A stretch of 64,000 nt of DNA from Haliotis cracherodii (taxonomy: Eukaryota). The notes beneath the pieces were generated by a model. That model was not told the origin of the DNA and did not search any database. It was given only the letters and a program-made list of their open reading frames with translations. This document shows positions 1 through 12,427 of this stretch, piece by piece. Location of the stretch: contig NW_027266269.1 of assembly GCF_022045235.1 (NCBI RefSeq), forward strand, positions 5,394,001 to 5,458,000, read 5' to 3'. How positions within the stretch are numbered: position 1 is the stretch's first letter; the number at the start of each line of letters is the position of its first letter. Both the position numbers and the translations under genes were made by a program.

Positions 1-269
1 CCTTTATAATGTTATTGTGATGAAAACACATAACATGTAACGTGTGTACTATCTGTATTGACTGTCCGTCCAGGGAAGGAATAGACAGCATTGCCACTGT
101 AAACCGTTTGTTTTGTTTGTTTGTTTGTTTGCTGTTTAACGCCGCACTCTACAATATTCAGCGAGCCTGACCACCCGATCCCGTTAGTCGCCTCTAACGT
201 CAAGCATAGTCACCTTTTACGATATGCATTGGTTGCTGAAGAGCTATTCGACCCCGGGTCTTCACGGGT

Positions 270-419
270 CTGTCGAGATGTTGTGACCCTAGGACGACCG
301 CTCCGAGGAAGGTCATCTGTGGTCTGTGTAGCATTGTATCGATGCATGAGACGGTAAATTGTGGTTATGTTAACGTTGTAATGACGGGCAACATCTTGGA
401 CAGACTCTCCTGCTTCCAA
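270..419 (-). mobile_element. Tc1/mariner transposase N-terminal (HTH) fragment
   Basis: ORF 210..419 reads ..VQDVARHYNVNITTIYRL..DDLPRSGRPRVTT, a paired-type HTH plus GRPR motif. Second copy at about 8075-8222. Confidence 0.75.
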
Positions 420-693
420 ACTGCTGGAGAGTGGAGACCTATTCTATCCCGGATCTTCACGGTACCACAGTTAACTGAATGTGTGCGAAACATGCATTGT
501 AGAAATTCTATAAAACCGAAAACCACCCTCGTCTTGTCCGTTTTCTTTATTAAATTGTTAATAAAAGATAAGTTGAGTTGAATTGCTTACCAAATATACA
601 TTTCTTTCAAAAGGATATGTCAAAATAAAGAGGTGCAATATTGTTTCAACAGGAAAACAGGCAACAGGGTTGCTGAAAATCCTACATTAATAA

Positions 694-857
694 GAGTGAG
701 TGAGTATGGTTTTACGCTGCTTTTAGCAGTATTCCAGCAATATCACGGCGGGGGACACCAGAAATGGGCTTCACACATTGTACCCATGTCGGTATTCGAA
801 CCCGGATGTGCGGCGTGACGAGCGAACGCTTTAACCTCTAGGCTACCCGACCGCCCC
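694..857 (-). mobile_element. tRNA-derived SINE family 1 (~165 bp)
   Basis: A-box/B-box head (TAGCCTAGTGG..GGTTCGA) and (ACTC)n tail; more than 12 near-identical copies in the window. Confidence 0.8.
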
Positions 858-1119
858 AAAACAGATACTAACATCTCATTTAGTAACATATGGTTTTTTT
901 TATTGAACACTGCTGAAAGCAATAATGTTTTGGTTATGCGTATATACTCTGATTACAGCCCAATCGGGGGAGACCCGTGAAGATTCCGGGGTAGAATAGG
1001 TCTTCAACAACCCATGCTTGTCGTAAAAGGCGACTAACAGGATCCGGTTGTCAGGCTCGCTGACTTGGTTGATGCATGTCATCAATCCCAATCATCTCGT
1101 ATTTCCTACAGTGCAAAGT

Positions 1120-1280
1120 GGGGCGGTCGGGTAGCCTAGTGGTTAAAGCATTGGCTCATCACGCCGAAGATCTGGGTTCGATTCCCGACATGGGTACAAT
1201 GTGTGAAGCCCATTTCTGGTGTCCCCGGCCGTGATATTGCTGGAATATTGCTAAAAGCGGCGTAAAATCAAACTCACTCA
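1120..1280 (+). mobile_element. SINE family 1 with 14-bp TSD
   Basis: TSD ctacagtgcaaagt at 1106-1119 and 1281-1294. The same insertion is inherited at about 26193, 51154 (truncated), 54583 and 57478. Confidence 0.85.
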
Positions 1281-1858
1281 CTACAGTGCAAAGTAAGGAG
1301 AAGGTATATGGATGAACAACTTCTTTATTGCAATCAGGAACGACGTTTCGGTGTAGGTTCTAACACTGTCATCAAACTAGTACATAGTATGGCTGACAAG
1401 TATTTATACAGGAAGGAGGCGGTGTTAATACAGTAGTGTAGATTTAAGATGTAGATGTAGATGTAACCATGGTTACACTGGAGCGGATTATATTTGTCTT
1501 CTTCTTTAGATTTGAGTATTGATCATGACTACATTTATTTTTTTATATTATGTTATGCCCTGTAAACATGAATTATGATCTGTATGATCTGTGACTAAAC
1601 ACACTTATGATAATGTAAATATGATTAAGGTACTACTTACATTGTGTATTTAAGAAATCGTCATGTAAAAATCAAAATCCATTATATGAAATACTTGTAT
1701 TATGAAATTATCATTTGCTTTGTAATGCAAAGAAACGTCATTTCATTGGATTGTCGCTGGTCGTAAGGGAAGTAACTCTAGCCCCGGATAATATGTTATA
1801 TTGTTTACGTGGTTACCAGGATGGTAAGTTGCGAATGTCTGCGGTACCGGGAAGTTAA

Positions 1859-3786
1859 AGGGGCACTGATCTAACGCAATTCCCCGGGACTGGTTGTTGC
1901 CTTTGTTATTGTTTTTTCCCAGTGAGTACCCGGATGTATAGCAGAAATCTAGACTAGTTCGCGACCTCTGCTGCGCCATTCGTAAGCGCATTAGTCACTT
2001 TTATGGGTAGTAATAAGGGCGTATGGTCACATTGATCAACAAAATGAAATACAGTTTTCGAGATAATAAGGAAATGTAGGTATCTTTGTGGGTAGCATCT
2101 GTAATGGTGACGAAGTTTTGATAAGTCACTTGCGTGGTAATTTTGCGATTTTTGTTTACACTATTTCGACTTGCAACACAAAGTAAATATTTCACCTGAG
2201 CATTGCTTTTTTTATAGTGTGTATATTTTTTTACTGTCAAAATGTGTAACAAATTTATTAAACGTCAAAATATTCAGTTATTTTACAAAGTGACTCAAAA
2301 ACATTTCCATCTGTATTGTTATGATAACGTAACTGAAAATGTTACGTTGAAAAGTACATTTCTATGTTGTTTGGCTTCTAATCCTACATAATAATCTGTA
2401 ATGTTTGTAGGCCCTTTTGATCGTCTTAATCAATATGGACAGATATTTTTGTCAAAATGACTGAAATATTTACACATTTTATAAATACCCTGAGAGAATC
2501 ACATTTTACAAATTGACGGTAATATATACACGCTTACAAAGGAAAAGACCTGTGAAAACAACGCCTATCGCGCATTGAAGAATTTCCCAACCAAGACGTA
2601 GAGAAACAAGAACGAATCGGTTCAAATGAAGGAAAACAAAATGCAAATACCATAATTACAACCTACCAAATTTATGTGTATAAATTTTAAGCAGCTTCCG
2701 TGTTCGAGGAATGTATCCGTGAATATCCACACAAAGGAACAACATCCCACTCGTCTGCAGCTGTACAAAGAAACTTATTCGATGTCACGTGTCTCAGTAA
2801 CAATCAAATATTTTAAAAGATATATATCGTTTCGGGATATTATAACCCGTGTTCGTTTCTAAACTGATCACTTGGATTGTTTCAGGTGTTTCACATAGGT
2901 GTCAAGTCTCAAAGGTCGGCTGAGAAAGCCCACGTGACAACTATTTTCATAACGTCCACGGTTCCTAAAAAATCCATTGAGTGATTGATAACAATAATCA
3001 ATCAATCAACGTATTATCAGTTAACCCTTTGAACAAAGTATGTTGTTTTTACATCGTCACTTCACGCCATGATGTGAGTGTATTCCCTTTGTTTTAGTAA
3101 ACCTAGACAATGTAAACACTCACTTTTGACATATCCACTGTGCAAGATAACAGTGATTAATCAATCAACGTATTTTCTGTTAATCCTTTGATGACTAGGA
3201 ACGATCCGTTGATTTACAAAAAAAAGTAAATCAACTGATCATTCATCTGTTGCTGGGCTGCCACGTGCATATTACATAACACACATTTCATCTCACTTCA
3301 AACCTTGATTTAGATTGAATAATTACCCCAGACACAATAAATGCCAAATGGGAACCTTTGTCTGGTAATCTAAGTGGTGCTACCACTAATTGTACCTGTA
3401 ATAAATTCATTAACTGAGCATCAAGTGAATGACGACAAATACACTAGTGTAGGGTTATAAGAGAAAACGTGAATGACAACAATGGAGTAGTAATTGTATT
3501 ATCGACGCAATCGGAAATCCGAAAATGCTTTCACTGCATGGGTACTTTTTTAGTATTAAACTATAACCATCTAGGGTATTTCCAAATGACGACATCCGAT
3601 GAGCTCCGTCGTTCTTTTTGTCTGTTTGTTTAGGCTGAAGAAATTAATTAACATGCGCCCTTTGTCGAAATCTTTACAGTTAACCAATCAGTGTTTATGC
3701 AAAAATGAGTAAAACAAATATTGCCTCCAGCCTCCAAGTTTATTTAGCTGTCCTTGCAGACGGTAGCCCAGTCTCTGGTCACGCTC
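1859..3786. mobile_element. Non-autonomous TTAA DNA transposon (Kolobok-like), right end deleted
   Basis: Starts TTAA|AGGGGCACTGATCTAACGCAATTCCCC and is collinear with 58218-60281, but the right TIR is lost by a deletion at 3786. Confidence 0.7.
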
Positions 3787-3817
3787 AATTTCCAGTTTCA
3801 AATATACTGATTGTTAC

Positions 3818-3852
3818 CTTATTTCATTCTTGGGATGTTTAGGAGTAGCCAT
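3818..3852 (-). CDS. Candidate first coding exon type B (MATPKHPKNEI-R); partner BTB exon would lie left of the window
   Basis: acaATGG Kozak, 35 nt, ends AG|gtaaca (phase 2). Confidence 0.6.
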
Positions 3853-3990
3853 TGTCACCAGGAAGTTACTGCACCGTGATTGTATGATGATAATAATTGT
3901 CAGGTGACGAGACCACAGCGAACACGGTAACTTGATGAGCAAAACCCTTGTTTCACTTTCGATTTGACACTTCTGAGAAGCAGTAGACCT

Positions 3991-4004
3991 AAGGGAGGTA
4001 ACTC
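3991..4004 (-). promoter_or_regulatory. Recurrent GAGTTACCTCCCTT motif upstream of first exons
   Basis: Exact or variant copies sit about 110-205 bp upstream of type A, B and C ATGs. Confidence 0.4.
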
Positions 4005-4267
4005 GCTTGGTTTTTCTTTCTTACAAATTGAGATTGAAATATCAATACTTAAGCTGTAATGGGTCGGATGGTTAGGGTCGTGTGGGTTCGAACCTGACGT
4101 CGTTAAAACGTGTCCTGATTTCTTTTTCCGTGTGACAGAATTTACTTGACAATTATATGTCTCCTGATTCATTTGGACTTTAGGTATACTGATTTATTTA
4201 TTTGGTATTTGTGAGTGAGACAGAATTTACCTGGTACTTCCTCGTGTCCTGTTGTATTTGGTATTTG

Positions 4268-4517
4268 GGTTGGTTTGTTGGCTGGTTTGTTGTTTAACGC
4301 CGCACTCAGCAATATTCCAGCTATATGACGGCGGTCTGTAATCCAGTGATTGACATCATGAGCATCGATCCACGTGCTTTGGATTGATGCCATGGATCAA
4401 CCAAGTTCGCGAGCCTCACCACCCGATCCCGTTAGTCGCCTCTTACGACAAGCGTAGTCGCCTTTTACGGCAGGCATGGGTTGCTGAAGACCTATTCTAC
4501 CCCGAATTTTCGAGGGC
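4268..4517 (-). mobile_element. SINE-like family 2 (~260 bp, no tRNA head)
   Basis: Matches 22172-22426; GTCGTAAGAGGCGAC core and 3' tail shared with family 1. Confidence 0.7.
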
Positions 4518-4720
4518 CTGGTATTTGGGAGTGAGACAGAATTTACCAAGCACTTCCACGTGTCCTGATTTATTTGGTATTTGGGTTGGTTTGTTGGTTC
4601 GCTTGTTGTTTAACGCCGCACTCAGCAATATTCCAGCTATATGATGGCGGTCTGTAAATAATCAAGCCTGGACCAGACAATCCAGTGATTAATGTCATGA
4701 GCATCGATTCACGCACTTGC

Positions 4721-6030
4721 AACAGTGCCAGTTGACCTCTCCCAATGCGAGCTGACCAGTGCTTGATGACACACTAACCAGCTTTCACAGTGCCAGTTGA
4801 CCTCTCCCAGTGCTTGCTGACCAGTGCTTGATGAGATACTAACCAGCTCTCACAGTGCCAGTTGACCTCTCCCAATGCGAGCTGACCAGTGCTTGATGAC
4901 ACACTAACCTGCTCTCACAGTGCCAGTTGACCTCTCCCAGTGCGAGCTGACCAGTGCTTGATGACACACTAACCTGCTCTCACAGTGCCAGTTGACCTCT
5001 CCCAATGCGAGCTGACCAGTGCTTGATGACACACTAACCAGCTCTCACAGTGCCAGTTGACCTCTCCCTTTGCGAGCTGACCAGTGCATGATGACACACT
5101 AACCAGCTCTCACAGTGCCAGTTGACCTCTCCCAGTGCGAGCTGACCAGTGCTTAATGACACACTAACCTGCTCTCACAGTGCCAGTTGATCTCTCCCAG
5201 TGCGAGCTGACCAGTGCTTGATGACACACTAACCTGCTCTCACAGTGCCAGTTGACCTCTCCCAGTGCGAGCTGACCAGTGCTTGATGACACACTAACCA
5301 TCTCTCACAGTGCCAGTTGACCTCTCCCAATGCGAGCTGACCAGTGCTTGATGACACACTAACCATCTCTCACAGTGCCAGTTGACCTCTCCCAATGCGA
5401 GCTGACCAGTTGTTGATGACACACTAACCTCATCTCACAGCGCCAGTTGACCTCTCCCAGTGCTTGATGACACACAAACCTACTCTCACAGTGCCAGTTG
5501 ACCTCTCCCAAGGTGTGTTGACCAGTGCTTGATGACACACTAACCTGCTCTCACAGTGCCAGTTGACCTCTCCTAGTGCGAGCTGACCAGTGCTTGATGA
5601 CACACTAACCATCTCTCACAGTGCCAGTTGACCTCTCCCAATGTGTGTTGACCAGTGCTTGATGACGCACCAACCTGCTCTCACAGTGCCAGTTGACCTC
5701 TCCCAGTGTGAGCTGACCAGTGCTTGATGTCACACTAACCAGCTGTCACAGTGCCAGTTGACCTCTCCCAATGCGAGCTGACCAGTGGTTGATGACACAC
5801 TTACCAGCTCTCACAGTGCCAGTTGACGTCTCCCAGTGCGAGCTGACCAGTGCTTGATGACACACTAACCAGCTGTCACAGTGCCAGTTGACCTCTCCCA
5901 ATGTGAGCTGACCAGTGGTTGATGACACACACAAATCTGCTCTCACTACAGTGCCAATTGACCTCTCCAAATGCGAACTGACCAGTGCTTGATGACACAC
6001 ACGTATCGGCCCTAGCCACAGTACCAGTTG
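4721..6030. repeat. 65-bp minisatellite, about 20 units
   Basis: Unit cacagtgccagttgacctctcccaatgcgagctgaccagtgcttgatgacacactaaccatctct; unit starts at 4786, 4851, 4916. Confidence 0.95.
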
Positions 6031-6059
6031 ACATAGTAACCTCATCACAGAACAACTTA

Positions 6060-6850
6060 CTGGCACTCGTCTGTTATTCATGAAGAGGACGTAAAACTAT
6101 TATAAAACACGTTTTGAAATAAAGGGAATATTTATTTTAGCAAAAGATCGCATACAAAACGTCTAAACAGTGTGAGGACATATCAGAAATGTTCAGAATT
6201 CTAAATCTACACAGCTTTTGTAATCTTACGTCGTCTATAAATACACACACTTTGTCAATAACGGCAACACAACACAGGTATGTTGATGGAAAACAAAAAG
6301 GTCACATGTCATTTGGGTATAACAAATCCCTGGAAAAAAGTCCATATAAGATGTACCAATTGTCACTCAAAATCAGATAGCAGGTGACCGATTCTCACTT
6401 CGGTTCATCTGACAGGAAACAGTGGCACTGTGAATCCTCATAAATCACAATCATATTATTTTTTATCTTCTCACACTTATCAGAGAAAAAAGGATGGGCG
6501 TTGGAATAGCCGCGTTGCTCGTTACACTGAAGTCCGAGGATTGTTGTTTAACGCCGCACTCAGCAATATTCCAGCTATATGACGGCGGTCTGTAAATAAT
6601 CGAGTCTGGACCAGACAATCCAGTGATTCACATCATGAGCATCGATCCACGTAATTAGGATCGATGACATGCATCAACCAAGTCAGCGAGACTGACCACA
6701 CGATCCCGTTAGTTGCCTCTTACGACAAGCATAGTCGCCTTTTTGGTTGCTGAAGACCTATTTTACCCCGGATCCTCAGGGGTCTCACGCGGACGTATAC
6801 ACTGGAGTCTCGGGTACTCACCTTCTCTTCAGGGATACATGAGTGGCCAT
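6060..6850 (-). pseudogene. BTB gene copy with the whole BTB exon deleted (3' flank and type C first exon retained)
   Basis: Collinear with 62200-63565, but about 650 bp containing the exon is missing at the junction at 6540. Confidence 0.75.
6822..6850 (-). CDS. Candidate first coding exon type C (MATHVSLKR-R), orphaned
   Basis: agaATGG, 29 nt, AG|gtgagt donor, phase 2. Confidence 0.5.
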
Positions 6851-7344
6851 TCTCAGCTTGCAGTAGAATTGGCTACCACACGGACAAGAAACGAGATCCT
6901 GATCGGAAAGCATACCCGCTTGTGTTTTTAGTTTCGATTTCAACAATAGACAAACAGTAATAGGCGGTAACTCGCATGCCAGGTTCTCGCGTTTCCATTC
7001 AACAACTCGTTTATTTATAGGATGCGCTATTGATTACAAATGAACGCAGAATGTGAATAATGTGAATGTGGCCACTTGGGGCTTAAGCCAATGTTTGTTG
7101 CCATAGGAGGTATTCCTCGCCTGTCCGCGCCGATACAACCGCGAAATCGTAGCGATGTATATACCGCCACTGTCTATTACGTATTATTGTAAAAGCGAGT
7201 ATATTTGTTTAACGCCGTACTAAAATCAGCGTCACCGACATGACGACTGCTCGTACATAATTGAGACTTGACCAAATAACCAGCAGCTGACATTGCATGA
7301 AACCATTCATACCTTCAGGGTACGATGGCACGCATAAAAGCTTT

Positions 7345-7611
7345 TGGTTGGTTGGTTTGTTGTTTAACGCCGCACTCAGCAATATTCCAGCTTTATGACG
7401 GCGGTCTGTAAATAATCAAGTTTGGACCAGACAATCCAGTGATTGATATCATGAGCATCGATCCACGCAATTGGGATCGATGACATGCATCAACCAAGTC
7501 AGCGAGCCTGACCACCCGATCCCGTTAGTCGCCTTTTACGACAAGCATAGTCACCTTTTACGGCAAGCATGGGTTGCAGAAAACCTATTTACCCCAAAAT
7601 CTTCACGGGTC
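7345..7611 (-). mobile_element. SINE-like family 2, near full length
   Basis: Similarity to 22172-22426 and 45840-46105. Confidence 0.75.
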
Positions 7612-8074
7612 ATGTTGACAAGTGTGACCATCCAAGACGCCTCTCACACCTAGCAGAGGTTGTTTCAAAACCCCCACGGGGCTTAAATATTAAAATAGTC
7701 ATACTAAATTGTTGGTTTATGTTTAAAAGTAATCTATACATCTCTTGACATGGTAGATATGAAATTCCTTCATAATGTTATTGTGATGAATACACATAAC
7801 GTGTGTACTATCTGTTATGACTGTCCGTCCAGGGAAGGAATAGACAGCATTGCCACTGTAAACCGTTTGTTTTGTTTGTTTGTTTGTTATTTAACGCCGC
7901 ACTCTGCAATATTCAGGGAGCCTGACCACGCAATTGGAATCGATGACATGTATCAACAAAGTCAGCGCGCCTGACCACCCGATCCCGTTAGTCGCCTTTT
8001 ACGACAAGCATAGTCACCTTTTTACGATATGCATTGGTTGCTGAAGACCTATTCCACCCCGGATCTTCACGGGT

Positions 8075-8222
8075 CTGTCGAGATGTTGTGACCCTAGGAC
8101 GACCGCTCCGAGGAAGGTCATCTGTGGTGTAGCATTGTATCGATGCAGGAGACGGTAAATTGTGGTTATGTTAACGTTGTGATGACGGGCAACATCTTGG
8201 ACAGACTCTCCTGCTTCCAAAC
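8075..8222 (-). mobile_element. Tc1 transposase N-terminal fragment (frameshifted)
   Basis: Near-identical to 270-419 with a small deletion. Confidence 0.7.
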
Positions 8223-8593
8223 TGCTGGAGAGTGGAGACCTATTCTATCCCGGATCTTCACGGTTCCAGTGTTAACTGAATATGTGCGAGACATTCGTTG
8301 TAGAAATTCTATAAAACCGAAAACCACTTTCGTCTTGTCCGTTTTCTTTATTAAATTGCAAATAAAAGATAACTTGAGTTGAATTGCTTACCAAATATAC
8401 ATGTCTTTCAAAAGGATATGTCAAAATAAAGAGGTGCAATATTGTTTCAACAGGAAAACAGGCAACAGGGTTGCTGTAACACCTACATTAAGAAGAGTTT
8501 TCTGTCATGTTTGAAGTAGTTCCCGTTGTTTGTTGTTTAATGCCCCTCTCAGCAATATGACGGCTGTTTGTGAATAATCGATTCCAGTGATAG

Positions 8594-8952
8594 GTGAGGT
8601 GAGGTGAAATGGGGTTTAACGTCGCGTCCAAGATTATTGCACTTATATAGCGACGTGCATGTACGTGTGTGTGTGTTTGTGTGGCTGATTGTACTAGTCC
8701 GGACTGATGCCGATTTATAGTGCTAGCTCACTGAGATACCATGCCGCAGTTTAACATGAATACCCCACTCAGACACAGTATACTGACTCCGAGCCGACCA
8801 GTCCTTGTTTTAGCCCCTTAATGCCGAACGCCAGACAGGGTAACAACAAATACCATCTTTTAACGTCTTTTGGTATGACGCGGCTGGGGATCGAACCCCT
8901 GACGTTCCACTCTCCGGGCGGACGCTCTACCATTAGACCACGGAGGCGGTCC
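8594..8952 (-). mobile_element. tRNA-derived SINE family 3 (~360 bp)
   Basis: tRNA-like head, central GTCATACCAAAAGAC..ATGGTA domain (recalls MetaSINE, from memory), (CACCT)n tail, TSD tccagtgatag. Empty sites near 45460 and 57020. Confidence 0.8.
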
Positions 8953-9499
8953 AATCCAGTGATAGACAACATGAGCATTGATATGTAGGACACAAGTAGG
9001 CTGAATATAAAAATAATGCATTGGACTGTAAAACCGATGCTAACATCTCATTCAGTAACATATGTTTTTTTATTGGACACTGCTGAAAGCAATACTGTTT
9101 TGGTTATTCGTATAGACTCTAATTACAGCCCAATTGGGGGAACTACACACAGAAGTCAAGTACTTGCAGATTGTTGTTTGGGCGGGTATTGTCAGAAAAA
9201 TACATATGCGGATATACAATAAAATGCTCTCCTGGAAGAAATGACATCTTTTTACTTTTTCTTTATTATCAAGGAATAGAGAAAGACGTAACAGATTCAT
9301 GATTTACTGAAACAGACACATCTATAAACAGCAGACGACATAAAACACTTATCAACAATACATTTTTAAAAAGTGTTAAAAATGTGCATGTCCATGTACC
9401 AGTTACTGATAACACTAAAAACGACAATGTCTTAATTTCACACGTGACACTAACGACATGGAAATGAACAACGTATCATGGGGCATAGTCTTCTAATGA

Positions 9500-9648
9500 A
9501 GTGAGTGAGTATGGTTTTACGCCGCTTTTAGCAATATTCCAGCAATATCACGGCGGGGAACACCAGAAATGGGCTTCACACATCGGGAATCGAACCCGGG
9601 TCTTCGGCGTGACGACCGAACGCTTTAACCACTAGGCTACCTACCGCC
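9500..9648 (-). mobile_element. SINE family 1
   Basis: Similarity to other copies; flanked by tcttctaa. Confidence 0.75.
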
Positions 9649-9866
9649 CATCTTCTAAAGAAACTACGCCATGTGGTAGAGGATCAGTTTAGCAGTTTGA
9701 TCCTCCTGTTTTAACATGACTGAAAGTATAAAGTCTGTGTCTACTGCTGGGCTTGTAACTGGGAAATATGTCTGTCTGTGTATGTACATGTAGTGAAATA
9801 TCTCACTATCCCTTTCAATGACTGAGTAGCATATTTACATTGAGCCATTGTGTAACAAGTCTGAAT

Positions 9867-10479
9867 CTATTTGCATATGTGTTGATGGGATGACTTAAAC
9901 ACTTCCTCAATGAACTGTAAACGCTTCTCGAATAGTTTTTTCAAAGCCGCAGATGAAATATTCACATAGTCTACATGGGCTGCTACATAAAATTCATATT
10001 GTTTTGTTTTATTCATGGCATATTGTGACGCTATGTCTGTTGTTTTCTCCAACAAGTTGTCCAATCCATACTTATCAGCCAGATATAAGAAGTGTACTAT
10101 GTCATCCCTGGATATGCGATACGCCTCTACTTTCAGTTTATAGCGATCACAGCGGTCAAGAAGAAACTCCTCACAGCAACGTTTCAAGCCATCCATTTGG
10201 TACTCGTCAGCCATTTCCAGCAGTCTGTCCACCGTGTCCTCAGTAACAGGTCGGAGTTCTGATGGGTAAATACAGAGAAGCAGATCCACAATGTCATCAT
10301 ACGACTTTTCTGGAAGAGGAATTTCACCCCCTTGCTTTTCTTTAAAGTCCCCATTAAACATTTTGTCAAAGACATTCGACGCCGATGCTAGGATCGTTTT
10401 GTTGACGTGGAGATGTCTGCCCTCTACAACCAGAACAACGTCAGACTTGTCGGAGGGTTCGTCAAACACAGATGTGTTC
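9867..10479 (-). CDS. BTB/POZ-domain protein (BTB + BACK-like helices), terminal coding exon, subfamily I
   Basis: SDVVLVVEGRHLHVNKTILASASNVFDKMFNGDFKE..LADEYQMDGLKRCCEEFL. Acceptor ttcttttctgtcag|G in phase 2; joins 18367-18401 in frame. Confidence 0.9.
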
Positions 10480-10569
10480 CTGACAGAAAAGAACACAACG
10501 GTAGAAAATTAGTCAAACTTTGAGTTGGAGAGTTGGATTTTACTTCGCTTTTCACAATTATATCATGAA

Positions 10570-10742
10570 TGAGTGAGGGAGTGAGTGAGTATGGTTTTAC
10601 GCCGCTTTTAACAATATTCCAGCAATATCACGGCCTGGGACACTAGAAATGGGCTTCACACATTGTACCCATGTCGGGAATCGAACCCAGGTCTTCGGCG
10701 TGACGAGCTAACGCATTAACCACAGGGCTACCCGCCCGCCCC
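10570..10742 (-). mobile_element. SINE family 1
   Basis: Similarity to other copies; flanked by tatatcatga. Confidence 0.75.
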
Positions 10743-10937
10743 AGCTATATCATGACGTATAGCGAAATTATACAAGTCTTAGAATTTACAACTTTGTTGA
10801 AACCCCACAACACCAAATATGGATAATGTTTACAAAATGGCGGTAAGGGAGGTAACTCATGAGCCTGTTTCACGCCCCTTATGGTTGAAATAAATACGTG
10901 ACACCATTCATTCACGGACTGTATTCAAGTTTAAATA

Positions 10938-11282
10938 CCGTATTCGATGTAATAAGCGCCCCGCTCTAATAAGCCCCCACGGCGATAATTGCTAACATAT
11001 TGGCTAGAGAACAATCACAATCAGCACCCCTTCCGATTGATCAATGTACACAAGACTTATTTATTCGCGTATAATACGCACTCGTGTGTTATATGCACCC
11101 TTAATTATGGGCAATTAAATTCTGGAAATATATATCTGTCGTATATAAACATTTCAGGCTGTCAGCATTAACCACGAAATTTACTTTCAACTCTGTTTTT
11201 TCCACCAATAATAATAATAATAATAAGAGCCCCCTATATATAATTTTGAGAGCGCCCTGGGCGCTTATTACGTCGAATACGG
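10938..11282. mobile_element. Tc1/pogo-type MITE
   Basis: TIRs CCGTATTCGATGTAATAAGCGCCC / GGGCGCTTATTACGTCGAATACGG with TA on both sides. Confidence 0.8.
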
Positions 11283-11614
11283 TAATGAGTAGCTTCTGCC
11301 AGTTCCCATGCATATATATCATTGCAAGCTATATAGTTAAACAGTCCACAATTTCGTAAAACTTCAGCTGTAACCCTACAACACAGATATGGTGCTGAAA
11401 AAACAAGAAACATTACCAGGATTCCAGTCCACGAACGTAGGATTCTAGCACTACAAGTATTGTTTTTACCGGGACATTAGATATTCTCCTACTTGACTTG
11501 ATCATTGTGCTATGTATACAACATGAAGGTTTAAGAATGATGTCTTTAGGAGTGAGCAAAACAGGATATATTCTGAGGAGAACCTTATTTGCAAGTTTAC
11601 AGTCACAAGACGAT

Positions 11615-12371
11615 CATCTTCCCGAGGCAAGATAGTTAACTGACTTTAAAAGTCCAGTTTCCACCCTTGCCGAACTAGGCTGGAATTCCTGGGCTCGATT
11701 GTAGCGCCACCAGTGGCTGTTACGAGTTATGTCCCTTCTGTGCCTATTCTATGGACCAATCAGATTCCACCTCTCGTATCACTTGCATTTGTTTCAAACA
11801 AAATGTCGGCGCAAAGACAAGACGATCTGATCGACAATCAAGATCTATGTTGTGATAAAACGGGAAGTGCATCAAATCACGTGAGCATCTTGATTGAAAA
11901 CTTGAAAAGATTTGGATAATATCTTTTGACAACGAGATGGCGGTGTACATGCTTTGCAAATCCTGCAATCGACCGAACTCTGCATGACAGTTTACGAACC
12001 GGACTTCGATTTCGGAGCGCGATTTTGATTGGACTATGCATAGACTTGTTAGTCCAGCCAAAACGTAACACCATAATACCAGCCTAGTTCGGCAAGGGTG
12101 GAAACTGGACTTTTAAAGTCAGTTAACTCCCTTGCCCCGGGAGTGAGTGAGTGAGTTGGGTTTTTAGGAGTGGGAGGAAAGCCTGAAGTGATGCAGGTCT
12201 CAGACGTTTAACACTTCGTTGAAACCCACGAGCACGGGTATGGTGCTGACAAACCTAGAAACATAATCGGGGTGAACCGGGATTCGAACCCACAATCATA
12301 GGTTTCTGGCGTGCCCAAGGGATGCAACTCTGCACAGCGAATCGCGGCGCCTTACACGACTAGGCCACCAG

Positions 12372-12407
<36 letters not shown>

Positions 12408-12427
12408 TGCCTTGCCTCGGGAAGATG
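11615..12427. mobile_element. Non-autonomous DNA transposon, ~65-bp TIRs, 9-bp TSD; right TIR interrupted by a SINE
   Basis: CATCTTCCCGAGGCAAG..CTAGGCTGG is inverted at 12080-12427; TSD caagacgat / caagacgac. Confidence 0.75.
12143..12407 (-). mobile_element. SINE family 4 (tRNA-Leu-like head) with poly-G 5' extension
   Basis: Matches 25475-25753; flanked by ccttgcc(c/t)cggga. Confidence 0.75.

Noticed and set aside
1120-1200. tRNA genes
   Set aside because: The tRNA-like heads run into SINE bodies with TSDs and lack a proper acceptor stem.
1743-3700. Recurrent short ORFs inside the TTAA element and SINEs
   Set aside because: They recur only because the DNA is duplicated; no domain similarity and inconsistent frames.
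4721-6030. CACAGTG (RSS heptamer) in each 65-bp unit
   Set aside because: The nearest nonamer-like word is ~43 bp away rather than 12 or 23, and is imperfect; no RAG/Transib sequence is present.
10480-10496. ORF-track starts of the BTB ORFs as real initiation sites
   Set aside because: They are mostly GTG/TTG codons, lying either in the polypyrimidine tract or inside the BTB domain; conserved acceptors explain the boundaries.
12375-12407. Poly-C tract / Gly- and Pro-rich ORFs
   Set aside because: A homopolymer at the 5' end of a SINE insertion; its length is unreliable.
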